A stretch of DNA of 63,325 bases, filler included, from Globobulimina sp. (Eukaryota): the NCBI GenBank assembly GCA_003354225.1. It is 26 parts of 26 records of this genome, joined end to end, with 100 filler letters (N's around TTAATTAATTAA, not from the genome) between each part and the next. Parts side by side here need not be neighbours in the genome. Positions count along the whole stretch, not along the records: positions 1 to 2,342 come from PIVH01007278.1; positions 2,443 to 4,783 come from PIVH01007279.1; positions 4,884 to 7,224 come from PIVH01007280.1; positions 7,325 to 9,665 come from PIVH01007281.1; 22 more parts are not named here. One strand, given 5' to 3'. Position numbers and translations under genes: made by a program. The notes beneath the pieces are model-generated. The model was not told the origin of the DNA, did no database searches, and worked only from the letters and a program-made list of their open reading frames with translations. Each line of letters starts with the position of its first letter. The stretch's first letter is position 1. Shown one piece after another: positions 1 to 9,432 of this stretch.

Positions 1-45
1 GAAGAGAACCAATAGAACAAAGAAGACATTCTTTTGAAACAATAG

Positions 46-960
46 GTGCCGATCCATCAGCAAACAATGTGAATAATTTGATAATTTGGTTGGGTTTCCA
101 GAACAGTTCAAAACATTATCCATTTCATTGGAATTTATTGAAAACACAACTAAGTGAAGCACTGCTTGATGGTGCTGATGGATTTGATATTATTAATCTT
201 TATCTTATTGCTGATCTTTGTGATGAAGATCACTGGAAATGGAATCATATTTCGCTAATATTAATGCAAAAGGATACAGATTGGAAAGTGAATTATAAAC
301 ATTATATTTCAGAATTCATAGCAGATCTGGAAAACTATGAATTGATCAGTTCCATGATTTCCTTGATTTCCTTAATTGAGCCTGCGCATTGAATAAACTG
401 TTTTTTTGAATCCTTGAATCCTTGAACAACTTTCATAGGTGCTGTGGCAGTCAACATAATTTTTGTATATACTCATTTTTTGTATACAAAATTTATATAA
501 TTTATATAATTTTATGTAATACTATAATATATATCACGAGGTTTTTTTTTCTTCAGTGCTTAATAACTCCAAGACAAAACATTTTACAGAGCTGATACTT
601 GGCACAGACAACACTTACTGGCTCACCTGCTCGGGATTAAAGTCAACTATGTGCCGATACATCAGCAAATGATCTCAATAATTTGATAATTTGGTTGGGT
701 TTCCAGAACAGTTCAAAACATTATCCATTTCATTGGCATTTATTGAAAACACAACTAAGTGAAGCACTGCTTGATGGTGCTCATGAACTAAGTGAAGAAC
801 TGCTAAGTGAAGATACTATTAATCTTAAACTTCTTGCTGATCTTTGTGATGCAGATAACTGGAAATGGAGTTATAGTTAATATTAGAGGATACAGATTGG
901 AAAGTGAATTGTGCACATTATATTGCGGAATTCATAGTAGATCTGGAAAATTATAAATCA
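46..960 (+). repeat. Diverged direct duplication of about 300 bp (copies at about 46-345 and 651-960); the second copy is truncated by a stop/frameshift
   Basis: Both copies encode IIWLGFQNSSKHYPFHW.LLKTQLSEALLDGA and share GGATACAGATTGGAAAGTGAATT downstream. Confidence 0.9.
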
Positions 961-1035
961 ATAATTGAGTGCTACTGAACATTGTTAAGTAAGTAATAAA
1001 TCAAGCATTTTTTTTCGAACCTTTTCATCCAAACA

Positions 1036-2342
1036 ATGTCAGAAGAGTGTAAAAGCGCCACTTTTAATTTCCCAACTGCATCGACATCCAAATGTCCCTA
1101 TCACGTGGGCATCAAAGAGAAATCTCCTCATATTCATGAAACTGATGTCGCCAAGAAATGTGTCGGTCCAATATCGCGTATCTATCCAACCATTTTACAT
1201 CATGTTGGCATGACTCCAATGGTACGAATAAATCATGTCGGATATACATCCAACGACGACATCAAAATCAACTGTGAGATCGTAGCCAAATGTGAATACT
1301 TTAACGCTGGCGGTTCAGTCAAAGACCGTATCGGTAAACGAATGATAAGCGATGCCGAGAAATCTGGCCGCATCAAACTCGGCGATACATTGATTGAGCC
1401 CACCTCTGGCAACACCGGCATTGGCTTAGCATTGGCCGCCGCCATCAAAGGCTACAAAATGATCATTACATTACCTGAGAAAATGTCAAATGAAAAAGTA
1501 TATACATTGCGTGCATTGGGCGCAAAAATATATAGAACCCCCACTGAAGCCGGTATATATATATTTATATGCATTCATGTGAAAAATAATGAAATTTCTA
1601 AAAACGGAAAAAAAAATATGTTTTTCATGTTTTTGTTTTCAGTTTGAAACTGAAACTGAAAAATAGCAGATCATATTTTTCAGTTTGAAACTAAAACAAA
1701 AATCATGTTTTCAGTTTGAAACTGAACGTCAAATCTCATGGCAAATGTATACAAACAGCGTTTGATTCGCCTGAGTCGCATATTGGTTTAGCAAATCGGT
1801 TAAATGCAGAGATTCCAAACAGTCACATTTTAGATCAATACAGCAATCCATCCAATCCATTGGCACATTATGATGGCACTGCGGAGGAGATTTTGGTGCA
1901 ATGTGAGGGCAAAATTGATATGATTGTGTTGACGGCGGGTACCGGTGGCACCATCACTGGCATTGCTGGCAAGATCAAAGAGAAACTGCCAAATTGCATT
2001 GTGATTGGCGTAGATCCCACTGGTTCCATATTGGCACAGCCAGACAGCTTAAATGGGCAAATTGTGCCATATCATGTGGAAGGAATTGGGTATGATTTCG
2101 TACCGCAAGTACTACAGAGGCGGTTGGTTGATTTCTGGGTGAAAACCAATGATAAAGAATCCTTTTATTATTCACGGCGCTTAATTCGAGAAGAAGGGCT
2201 ATTATGTGGCGGCTCATCTGGTTCGTGCATGGCCGGCGCCATTAAAGCCATTCAACAGTTTCATGACAAAACGGGTATAAATGCGAAATGTATGCCATTA
2301 TCTTATATGTTTAAAACTCGTTTTTGCACAAAAAAACGTTTC
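1036..2342 (+). CDS. CBS: Cystathionine beta-synthase (3' partial); intron 1553-1758
   Basis: [14 protein letters not shown] (PLP lysine), [13 protein letters not shown] and EGIGYDF motifs; splicing the GT..AG intron restores [13 protein letters not shown]. Confidence 0.95.
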
Positions 2343-2442
2343 NNNNNNNNNNNNNNNNNNNNNNNNNNNNNNNNNNNNNNNNNNNNTTAATTAATTAANN
2401 NNNNNNNNNNNNNNNNNNNNNNNNNNNNNNNNNNNNNNNNNN
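2343..2442. other. Artificial contig spacer (N44-TTAATTAATTAA-N44); first of 25 identical spacers, the last at 60889-60988
   Basis: Identical 100-nt block with stops in all six frames recurs about every 2440 nt; contig lengths fall monotonically from 2342 to 2337. Confidence 0.99.
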
Positions 2443-2894
2443 CGCAAGAGCTATTATCATTACAAAGGTGTTGACGCTCATACACTAATATAAAATCATA
2501 CAAACGTACCGCAATAACTAAAAAAAGGAAAATCGCATTGGACTCATATCATCACACCGTTCACAATGAGCCACAAAGACTACTCCGACCCAACAGTTTC
2601 TCTGCCACTGATTCAAATAAATCGTCGAAAGCAGCTAAATCCAGCAAATCCAATAAATCTCGCTCCAAAGATACATCAATGTTGCAAACCACCTCTCATT
2701 TACCATCCATTGCAAAACCATGTATTGAATATCTGTTCCTATATACATTTATATGCATGCATATAAGTCGAATAAATCCAAACAAAAATACCTAAATCGA
2801 ATATTCAGTCAAAAAAATCTTCAAAAGACCCAAACATGAAATACCAGACAATTGCAACCAACAACAAAACACAAAATCTATTAATATTAAAAAA

Positions 2895-4783
2895 TTGATT
2901 GATAGAAAATTATTGCAACGCTATCAGCAAACCATCGAAGAACGAGTCGAAATGCTGAGATCGAGAGCGTTTCCGCACGAAGTGATATACCAATTACCTC
3001 AATACAGAGCCGCTTTAACCGACAGTCTAAACAAATCCATTCAAACCCAACACTTTTCTCGTCATCAAGAAATCAATCAAATCAACCAATTAATACAAGT
3101 TACATATAATTATATTTTCTTGTTTTTTAATAAATAATTAAATTTTGCTTAGGCCGAGAAACATGCGTTGCAACACACGACCAAACCACACAAAAAAACA
3201 TTGACTTTAAAGAGTCTCAAAAAGGGCATCGTGGCGCCAATACAACCAATAAAAAGGTTGTTTGTCACAAATAAAATTAAAACCGGCGAAAATATACTCA
3301 ACACAGTGGGCCATATAAGTTGCAAAGATTATGCTAAATTGAAAGGAAAAGGCAACTATGGCTCTGAAGGAATTAGCAACAAATCAAAGGAAACAAATAA
3401 AATAAATGAAAACGAGGATTTAATATTATGCGGAAACGAAGCAGCAAAACCTGACTCGACAGCTACTGCAGAACCGAAACGCGAACGCATTGAAGCAACG
3501 CCAACCGCCTCCATACCACAGATACCTCACTACATAGCCACGCAATTAATCTCTGCATTGACCAGCAATAAAATGGAAGTGATTAAGGACCCGTTTGCTG
3601 ATGACATGGATGGAGAGTTGGAGGAAACGCCAGTATCAGAATCTATATTGCCGCATAATACGAAGCGTTTGCAATATCGACATTCTTTGGATACAACAGC
3701 TTTGCCAAAGGACAGCACAGAAACAGGGTTGATACGGTCAAAAACAACAGCGTCGCATCGACGAAGTGCAAGGGCTCACTCGACAACTCCACCTTTTTTA
3801 AGTGCGAGAACAGTGAATGTCCGCACTGTCACAGACTTGCCGTCACTTGTTCACGACGACACTGCCAACTTGCCGTCGAATACGCCGTCTTGGGCGTTGC
3901 GAGACAGTACGGAGGAAATGGCAGATGCTATGTCGACAAGTGAGCTTGAGCCGAGAGTTACAGTCAGCTCTCAAGATTTTGATATTTTGCGAGCGAAATA
4001 TGATGAGTTAGAATTGTTGTGTCAGGATTTACAAATTACGTTGAGGTGCTATAGTAATTATAATCAAATGAAATAAAAATAAAATCTAAAAATTCTTTCA
4101 GAAAAATAGTTCCTGTCTGGTTGACATATTCAAACGTTATATATCAAGACAAACATATGAAGATTTTTTAGATTTTATTAAATACTCTTTATATAAATAA
4201 GAACAATGGAACAGAATATGGATGAACAGAAGAATAGAATTCATTTTCTGACACAACAAATGCATGGAATGGAGGATGAAATGAAGAGAGTTAACAATAA
4301 GAATAATGGAAAGAGTGCATTTGCGGATAATGCGATCCAAACAGAAGCTGTTCCGTACCCGCTAACTATGAGCAGCCGTAGTCTTCGTAGCGGCAGTAAT
4401 GGAGATTTGAAATTAAATAAAAATAATTCAAAATATTTTGATTATGGATATTTTTGGGATATTTTTAAAGAGAAAATAGAAGAACAAGATATTATTTCTT
4501 TTCAAAGATCAAAATGGGAAAATATTTATCATTCCTTATTCTCATATTTTATGAACGGATTAATGGTTTTATTTAATATTTTAACGCAGTCATACATGCT
4601 CATTGCATTTATATTGAGCTGTTTACTGTGTTGTTTATGTAAAAAAAATACGAATACAAAAAATAAAAAGCATTCCAATTCGAAAAATGTGAAACGCAGA
4701 AATAAGAAAAAAAAGAATCGAATGCGTGGTATGAATAGGAATAATGAGAGAAAGCGGAGGAAAAACATATTGAATCCAGAACT
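2895..4783 (+). CDS. Multi-exon hypothetical coiled-coil protein with a C-terminal hydrophobic segment (partial)
   Basis: ORFs 2895-3137 and 3168-4076 join in phase 0 through intron 3099-3152; 4206-4783 is a likely further exon; no recognisable domain. Confidence 0.55.
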
Positions 4784-4883
4784 NNNNNNNNNNNNNNNNN
4801 NNNNNNNNNNNNNNNNNNNNNNNNNNNTTAATTAATTAANNNNNNNNNNNNNNNNNNNNNNNNNNNNNNNNNNNNNNNNNNNN

Positions 4884-5266
4884 CATTTTAAAAGACAATT
4901 CTAGACAATTCTAGATTTCTTAGCGGTATGCATTTGTTATCTCGTAGAGGAATCTAATTGACTACTGCTAACTAATGATCCATTCAAACCAATGCTCTGC
5001 CAATTGAGCTAGGTGACCAATTGGATGTGGAGGACTATTTTTCAAATGACTTTTTGATTGGATATATATATGCATAGATAGGAGAGGAAAGAGTACTTTT
5101 AACTAATTCACTCTCCTTGCATGCAATCCACTAAGTGTTTTTCGAACCTTTTTGAGTTAGGTCACAGAAAATACTTAGTTAGCAGTAGTCAATTAGATTC
5201 CTCTACGAGATAACAAATGCATACCGCTAAGAAATCTAGAATTGTCTAGAATTGTCTTTTAAAATG
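4884..5266. repeat. Perfect 92-bp inverted repeat (4884-4975 / 5175-5266) at the contig end; probable amplification fold-back
   Basis: The arms are exact reverse complements and the left arm begins at the first base of the contig. Confidence 0.9.
4976..5018 (-). pseudogene. tRNA-like 5' half (acceptor 5' strand and D arm), cut off at the inverted-repeat junction
   Basis: Minus strand reads GGTCACC-TA-GCTC-AATTGGCA-GAGC-ATTGGTTTGAA, including an A-box; no T arm follows. Confidence 0.55.
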
Positions 5267-5447
5267 TAAAAAATATAGGAAGGAAAATAGGTTAATAATA
5301 AAATATATAGATTTTGTGTTGGTTGATTTAAAAAAAAAAATAGATTTTACAAATGATTAAAAAAAAGTTGGAAAACTGGGACACTAAAAACTCTACGCAT
5401 CGCTTCGTCTTCAATATCAATAGCGATATCAATAGCAATATATACTG

Positions 5448-6548
5448 ATGGCAGGCTCTTCAGATCGTGCAGCCTTAATAGCAAATGGAATATTTTCCAT
5501 TGGACTTTTGGTGCTCGCAATAATAGTGAGCATTTATCATTTAATAGCAACGTTCAGATCAACCAAAAACTTATGTAATAGACAGTTTTTCCACAAACAT
5601 CCATCGTTATTGTTGTCATATGTATTGGTGTTTGTAGCTTGTATCAGTGGCGTTAGTTTGACAATGGACAGTGTGATTGTGTCTGCGTTGTGTTCGTCAG
5701 CGCAATATTACGGGCCATCGCTCTATTCCATCTTCAAGACCATTGTCTATTTAATATTGGGATGCCGCATTTATATCTCGTTTAAAGACTCAATGTATGC
5801 GTACAACACCAAATGGTTGACGGTGTGGTTGATCTTATTGACGGTGTGGACCTTTTTTAATGTGATTGCGGGCAATTTGACCGTGGTCTCCTCGGTCGAA
5901 GAGGAAGAGGGTACCACCAAATGCTTGGTGACGCCCTCCATTTTGTACATCATATCGCAAGCTTTATTAGATGTCATCTCCGGCGTCGTCAATTGTGTCT
6001 TGTTCGTGCGGCCCATCTGCAAATTATACAAATTGGCGGGCGACAATGTGAAAATTAAGGGAATCGCCTATAAACAATGTATATTGTCGCTAATTGCCAT
6101 CATATCTTCGATATTTGCAATGGTTGGCATTGGTGCCGCGCCTGACTTTGTTCCTGTTTTTGTTGCATCCGATATGCTAATCTCTACGCTCTGCGTCGTG
6201 TTGATGTATAAATGGAATGCTTTCATAGCGCAGGCCGTATTTTGTTGTTGTATGCCGAAACCGCAACATATTCGAATGAATGAGAATGAGTTAGTCGTCA
6301 CTGTGCCATCCAAAACTGGCAATTCTGGCGACTCCAATACCCAAAAAAAGCAAATCAAACATATTAAACATGCGATTGGCGCATCGACCACCGTCAAATC
6401 CAAGACACAATCTCTCGCACAGCCTTCCATAAATAATTCTGATGAGACCAGAGAGAGGGACGCCGAGTTCGAGCCTACGGTGACTATGACGCAGACGCAT
6501 ACTGTTACCACTATGCAAGTGGCTGACTCTCAGGAACAAAATATTTAA
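5448..6548 (+). CDS. Seven-transmembrane (GPCR-like) membrane protein
   Basis: About 7 hydrophobic helices, then a CCC palmitoylation-like motif and a polar tail. Confidence 0.7.
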   Translation: MAGSSDRAALIANGIFSIGLLVLAIIVSIYHLIATFRSTKNLCNRQFFHKHPSLLLSYVLVFVACISGVSLTMDSVIVSALCSSAQYYGPSLYSIFKTIVYLILGCRIYISFKDSMYAYNTKWLTVWLILLTVWTFFNVIAGNLTVVSSVEEEEGTTKCLVTPSILYIISQALLDVISGVVNCVLFVRPICKLYKLAGDNVKIKGIAYKQCILSLIAIISSIFAMVGIGAAPDFVPVFVASDMLISTLCVVLMYKWNAFIAQAVFCCCMPKPQHIRMNENELVVTVPSKTGNSGDSNTQKKQIKHIKHAIGASTTVKSKTQSLAQPSINNSDETRERDAEFEPTVTMTQTHTVTTMQVADSQEQNI

Positions 6549-7324
6549 TTTATATATTCACAATTTCAAATTGTTAATGATTCTGCATGCCACGTTTTTG
6601 TTGTTATTTAATTTTTTTGTGTGAACTGTGAAGTAAATTTGTAAATGCAGCCTCCATTCTGAACCCCTGCGGGATGTCCGAATATTTTGTGTGATTTTAT
6701 CCACTTTTGTTTCTGATTTTTTTCTATCCATTTAATTTATTCATAATAACTAATACCAATAGTACCAGTAATACAATATTCAATCTTTAAAACACAAATC
6801 AAAACATTATACATATATTTACTGAAACTACAGTTACATTCAACTGGCACAAATCGTGATTTTTTGTTGTACTATTTCGAGTATGAAGAAGGAGCTGCAA
6901 AATATGGATCTCTGCTCGAAGTAGTCACATTATTGATTTCTTAAGTTTTGAAGTTACTGCTTTCACATTGCGATCAACATATTCAAAGTTTAGATATGGA
7001 AATATTATACCTCATAAGTTTATCAATGATATAAAGAAGCACCATTTAGGGATTGTTCTTATATTGCGCAATATAAATTTGGACCTAGGTATATGATTTT
7101 TGCAATTATTGCAATTTAGACCTGAGTTGTGGGCTTTTAACGCAAGCTTATTTAGCACAACAATATGGATCACAGACAGCAGATAAACACAACAAAAAAA
7201 GTCTCGAGTTATTGCAATTTATTGNNNNNNNNNNNNNNNNNNNNNNNNNNNNNNNNNNNNNNNNNNNNTTAATTAATTAANNNNNNNNNNNNNNNNNNNN
7301 NNNNNNNNNNNNNNNNNNNNNNNN

Positions 7325-7462
7325 TACCTTCCCGAATAAAAGAACATATTTCAAATATCTATAAAACCATACATGAAATGATGTATAAATGATTGTACCG
7401 TCATTATCTATACTTTTTATATGATAGTGTGTGCCGTCATTATAACACTCTATGTGCTTCAC
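7325..7462 (-). CDS. Phage hypothetical protein (3' partial)
   Basis: GTG start preceded by GGGGGAGAGA; open to the contig end. Confidence 0.6.
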
Positions 7463-7487
7463 TCTCTCCCCCTTGTGCTTTTAATAG

Positions 7488-7624
7488 TGCCCGGTAGTGG
7501 AATGGGTGCCTCCACACTAGTTGATAGGCCTCCAATCTCGAATCGAACGAATTGAATACCCCCATCCAGGGGAACCCTTGCGGTCAACTCCGCTATGTGG
7601 AGGCACCCATTCCACTACCGGGCA
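7488..7624 (-). ncRNA. Candidate structured RNA or hairpin element closed by a perfect 29-bp stem
   Basis: 7488-7516 and 7596-7624 are exact reverse complements; the interior has AGTTGA/TCAACT pairing, a CC-GCAA-GG tetraloop, CCCC-TGGAT-GGGG, and a stem capped by TTCGATT; the element fills the intergenic space. Confidence 0.6.
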
Positions 7625-7630
7625 TTGAGT

Positions 7631-7822
7631 TTATTGTTCTTTCTTGCTTTCGGATTTTTTGTTTAATTCATTCCGCCATTTTAATATTTTATCTCTAACT
7701 ATAGCTACTTCTTTCCTATCAAATATCTCGCTATCATTTGGGATCACATTATCAATAGCATTAAAAGCAATTTCACAATAAACGTAATTTTCAAATTCTA
7801 TTCTATCCTTGTTTTTCATCAT
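7631..7822 (-). CDS. Phage hypothetical protein
   Basis: GGAGG ribosome-binding site just upstream of the ATG; co-oriented with neighbours. Confidence 0.7.
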   Translation of the reverse strand: MMKNKDRIEFENYVYCEIAFNAIDNVIPNDSEIFDRKEVAIVRDKILKWRNELNKKSESKKEQ

Positions 7823-7829
7823 TCCTCCA

Positions 7830-7857
7830 ATGCCTCATAAACTGCCTTATGTCAACG
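7830..7857 (+). other. dif-like XerC/XerD recombination site A
   Basis: ATGCCTCATAA-ACTGCC-TTATGTCAACG; 11-6-11 layout like E. coli dif GGTGCGCATAA-TGTATA-TTATGTTAAAT. Confidence 0.65.
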
Positions 7858-8472
7858 GCCTGTTTTCTCAAATATTAGGAAATAACTATGATAAATTCTT
7901 GCGTGCTTTTGGATTTGTACCACTGTCACCGATGCCTTTACCGGCATGCGATTTTTTGCAATTAGAATAAACATGTCTTTCAAGCGGAACCCAGCTTCTT
8001 TTGACCATTCTATTACACTATTGTGTGTGCAATGCATCTTGTGATTGTGTATAATATCTTGACACTTGAAAATCATGACCCCTTTTTTGACTAACACTCT
8101 TTTCGATTCTAGGATTGTTTTTTTATAATGGTCTTCTAATTCGTCATATCTCCAATATCCTGAAAATCTTTTTCCCATGATGGAATTATGATCTCTTTTG
8201 TTTTTTATATAAGTTAAAAAAGGCGGGTCAAAGATAATATTATTTAGACTATTATCTTTTATTGGCAATTCTCTGGAATCCGCTTTTATAACATGATCAA
8301 ATAAAGGATCCAGGTCCAGGCATATAGATGGCCTTTCTATATTTTTATAAAAAGATCCATTTCCATATGTAATATCACAGTGGAAATTATCATTACAATG
8401 GAGACTCTTTATATTGTTTAATATTTCTGATTGGTCGTAGTTTATACTTTTTATCACTTTATTATCCCTCAT
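7852..8472 (-). CDS. Phage orphan amino-(N6A/N4C) DNA methyltransferase
   Basis: SAM-binding motif DITYGNGSF followed by catalytic IFDPPF; LVKKGVMIFK segment. Confidence 0.85.
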   Translation of the reverse strand: MRDNKVIKSINYDQSEILNNIKSLHCNDNFHCDITYGNGSFYKNIERPSICLDLDPLFDHVIKADSRELPIKDNSLNNIIFDPPFLTYIKNKRDHNSIMGKRFSGYWRYDELEDHYKKTILESKRVLVKKGVMIFKCQDIIHNHKMHCTHNSVIEWSKEAGFRLKDMFILIAKNRMPVKASVTVVQIQKHARIYHSYFLIFEKTGR

Positions 8473-8499
8473 TTTGACATAACTATTTTTATGTCCACG
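8472..8499 (-). other. dif-like site B, inverted relative to site A
   Basis: Minus strand reads CGTGGACATAA-AAATAG-TTATGTCAAAA; its last base is the A of the methyltransferase ATG. Confidence 0.65.
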
Positions 8500-8577
8500 T
8501 TAATCTTTTAATATCCATGCCCAAAATGCAAAACAAGCCAATATTATAATTACACTAAGAATTTTATCAAGTATCAT
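8500..8577 (-). CDS. Small single-TM phage protein (25 aa, MILDKILSVIIILACFAFWAWILKD)
   Basis: GAGGTG ribosome-binding site; the stop codon abuts site B; not in the ORF track. Confidence 0.5.
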   Translation of the reverse strand: MILDKILSVIIILACFAFWAWILKD

Positions 8578-8621
8578 TGCTCTCTCACCTCATTCGTTAT
8601 TAGTTATCATTTCTGTTCCCC

Positions 8622-8649
8622 ATGAGACATAATTAGTCTATTAGACAGG
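8622..8649 (+). other. Degenerate dif-like site C (left arm and spacer only)
   Basis: ATGAGACATAA-TTAGTC-TATTAGACAGG; same spacer as site D and a near-identical left arm. Confidence 0.45.
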
Positions 8650-8991
8650 TAATAACTCAGGATTTTCGTAAATATTCCCTATAATTATAGAATCATCTGC
8701 GTAAGCTCTATTCAAAAAATCTTTATGAATCATAAACCTGTAACTATTGAATTCATCAACATGTATAACAAATATTTTACCGTACCACTGCACAATATCA
8801 CCATCATATATCTCTACGCCATTTTTATCCTTGAGTCCTGTGTACTGCATTACTTTTTCGTGTAATAAATCATTTGCAGGACTAAACCATTGAAAACCAC
8901 AACGAATCCCTTTTCCCTCGGTAGTAATTGATATGTCGTATTCCATTTCGTTTCTTGTCCTGGAAAATGCTCTAAATTTAATCTCTCTCAT
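8641..8991 (-). CDS. yopX: YopX family phage protein
   Basis: MREIKFRA start, MQYTGLKDKNGVEIYDGDIV and IIGNIYENPELL signatures. Confidence 0.93.
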   Translation of the reverse strand: MREIKFRAFSRTRNEMEYDISITTEGKGIRCGFQWFSPANDLLHEKVMQYTGLKDKNGVEIYDGDIVQWYGKIFVIHVDEFNSYRFMIHKDFLNRAYADDSIIIGNIYENPELLPV

Positions 8992-9009
8992 TTTTCACCT
9001 CATCTCCCC

Positions 9010-9037
9010 ATACGACATAATTAGTCTTATGTCAATT
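9010..9037 (+). other. dif-like site D
   Basis: ATACGACATAA-TTAGTC-TTATGTCAATT; the right arm differs from the E. coli XerD arm TTATGTTAAAT at 2 positions. Confidence 0.7.
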
Positions 9038-9166
9038 ATTTATATCGATATAAAAGCATAAGAAAGAAAATCCAATAACATAGTAATTTATTGTTTTATA
9101 TACTTGAATATCTATTGTCGGAATTAAAAACCATTGTTCAAAATTCATGTATGCACTTATTCTCAT
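9032..9166 (-). CDS. Small phage protein (44 aa, MRISAYMNFEQWFLIPTID...)
   Basis: The ATG overlaps the stop of the upstream gene (ATGA); its TGA lies inside the right arm of site D; not in the ORF track. Confidence 0.65.
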   Translation of the reverse strand: MRISAYMNFEQWFLIPTIDIQVYKTINYYVIGFSFLCFYIDINN

Positions 9167-9432
9167 CTCTCCCCCTGCAATTCTTCTATGGCTTTTTCGT
9201 AAAGATTTTTTAGCTCTGTAATTTTTTCATTAAAAAACGGTGTCACAGCCGAATCCAATTCATTACTCCAGTTTGTGTAATACTCTCTTGCCTCTTCAAG
9301 TGCTGACTTTTTTATATAGCCTCTGTTTTTTAAAATTGTTTTCATTACTCTAATTGTATCTTGACGCAATACGTCAGTCAGGCAGCCCATCATTTCATTG
9401 AATAAGGATTCCTCTATTTCTTTCTTGCTCAT
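9163..9432 (-). CDS. Phage hypothetical protein
   Basis: GAGGT ribosome-binding site; ATGA overlaps at both ends. Confidence 0.75.
   Translation of the reverse strand: MSKKEIEESLFNEMMGCLTDVLRQDTIRVMKTILKNRGYIKKSALEEAREYYTNWSNELDSAVTPFFNEKITELKNLYEKAIEELQGER

Noticed and set aside
4884-5266. 92-bp perfect inverted repeat as a MITE with terminal inverted repeats
   Set aside because: It starts exactly at the contig end, is 100% identical, truncates a tRNA-like sequence and has no checkable target-site duplication. An amplification fold-back is more likely.
7488-7624. Calling the hairpin a retron ncRNA, tRNA, ribozyme or terminator
   Set aside because: There is no RT gene, cloverleaf, hammerhead or other catalytic core, and no U-tract. 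It is kept only as an unassigned structured element.
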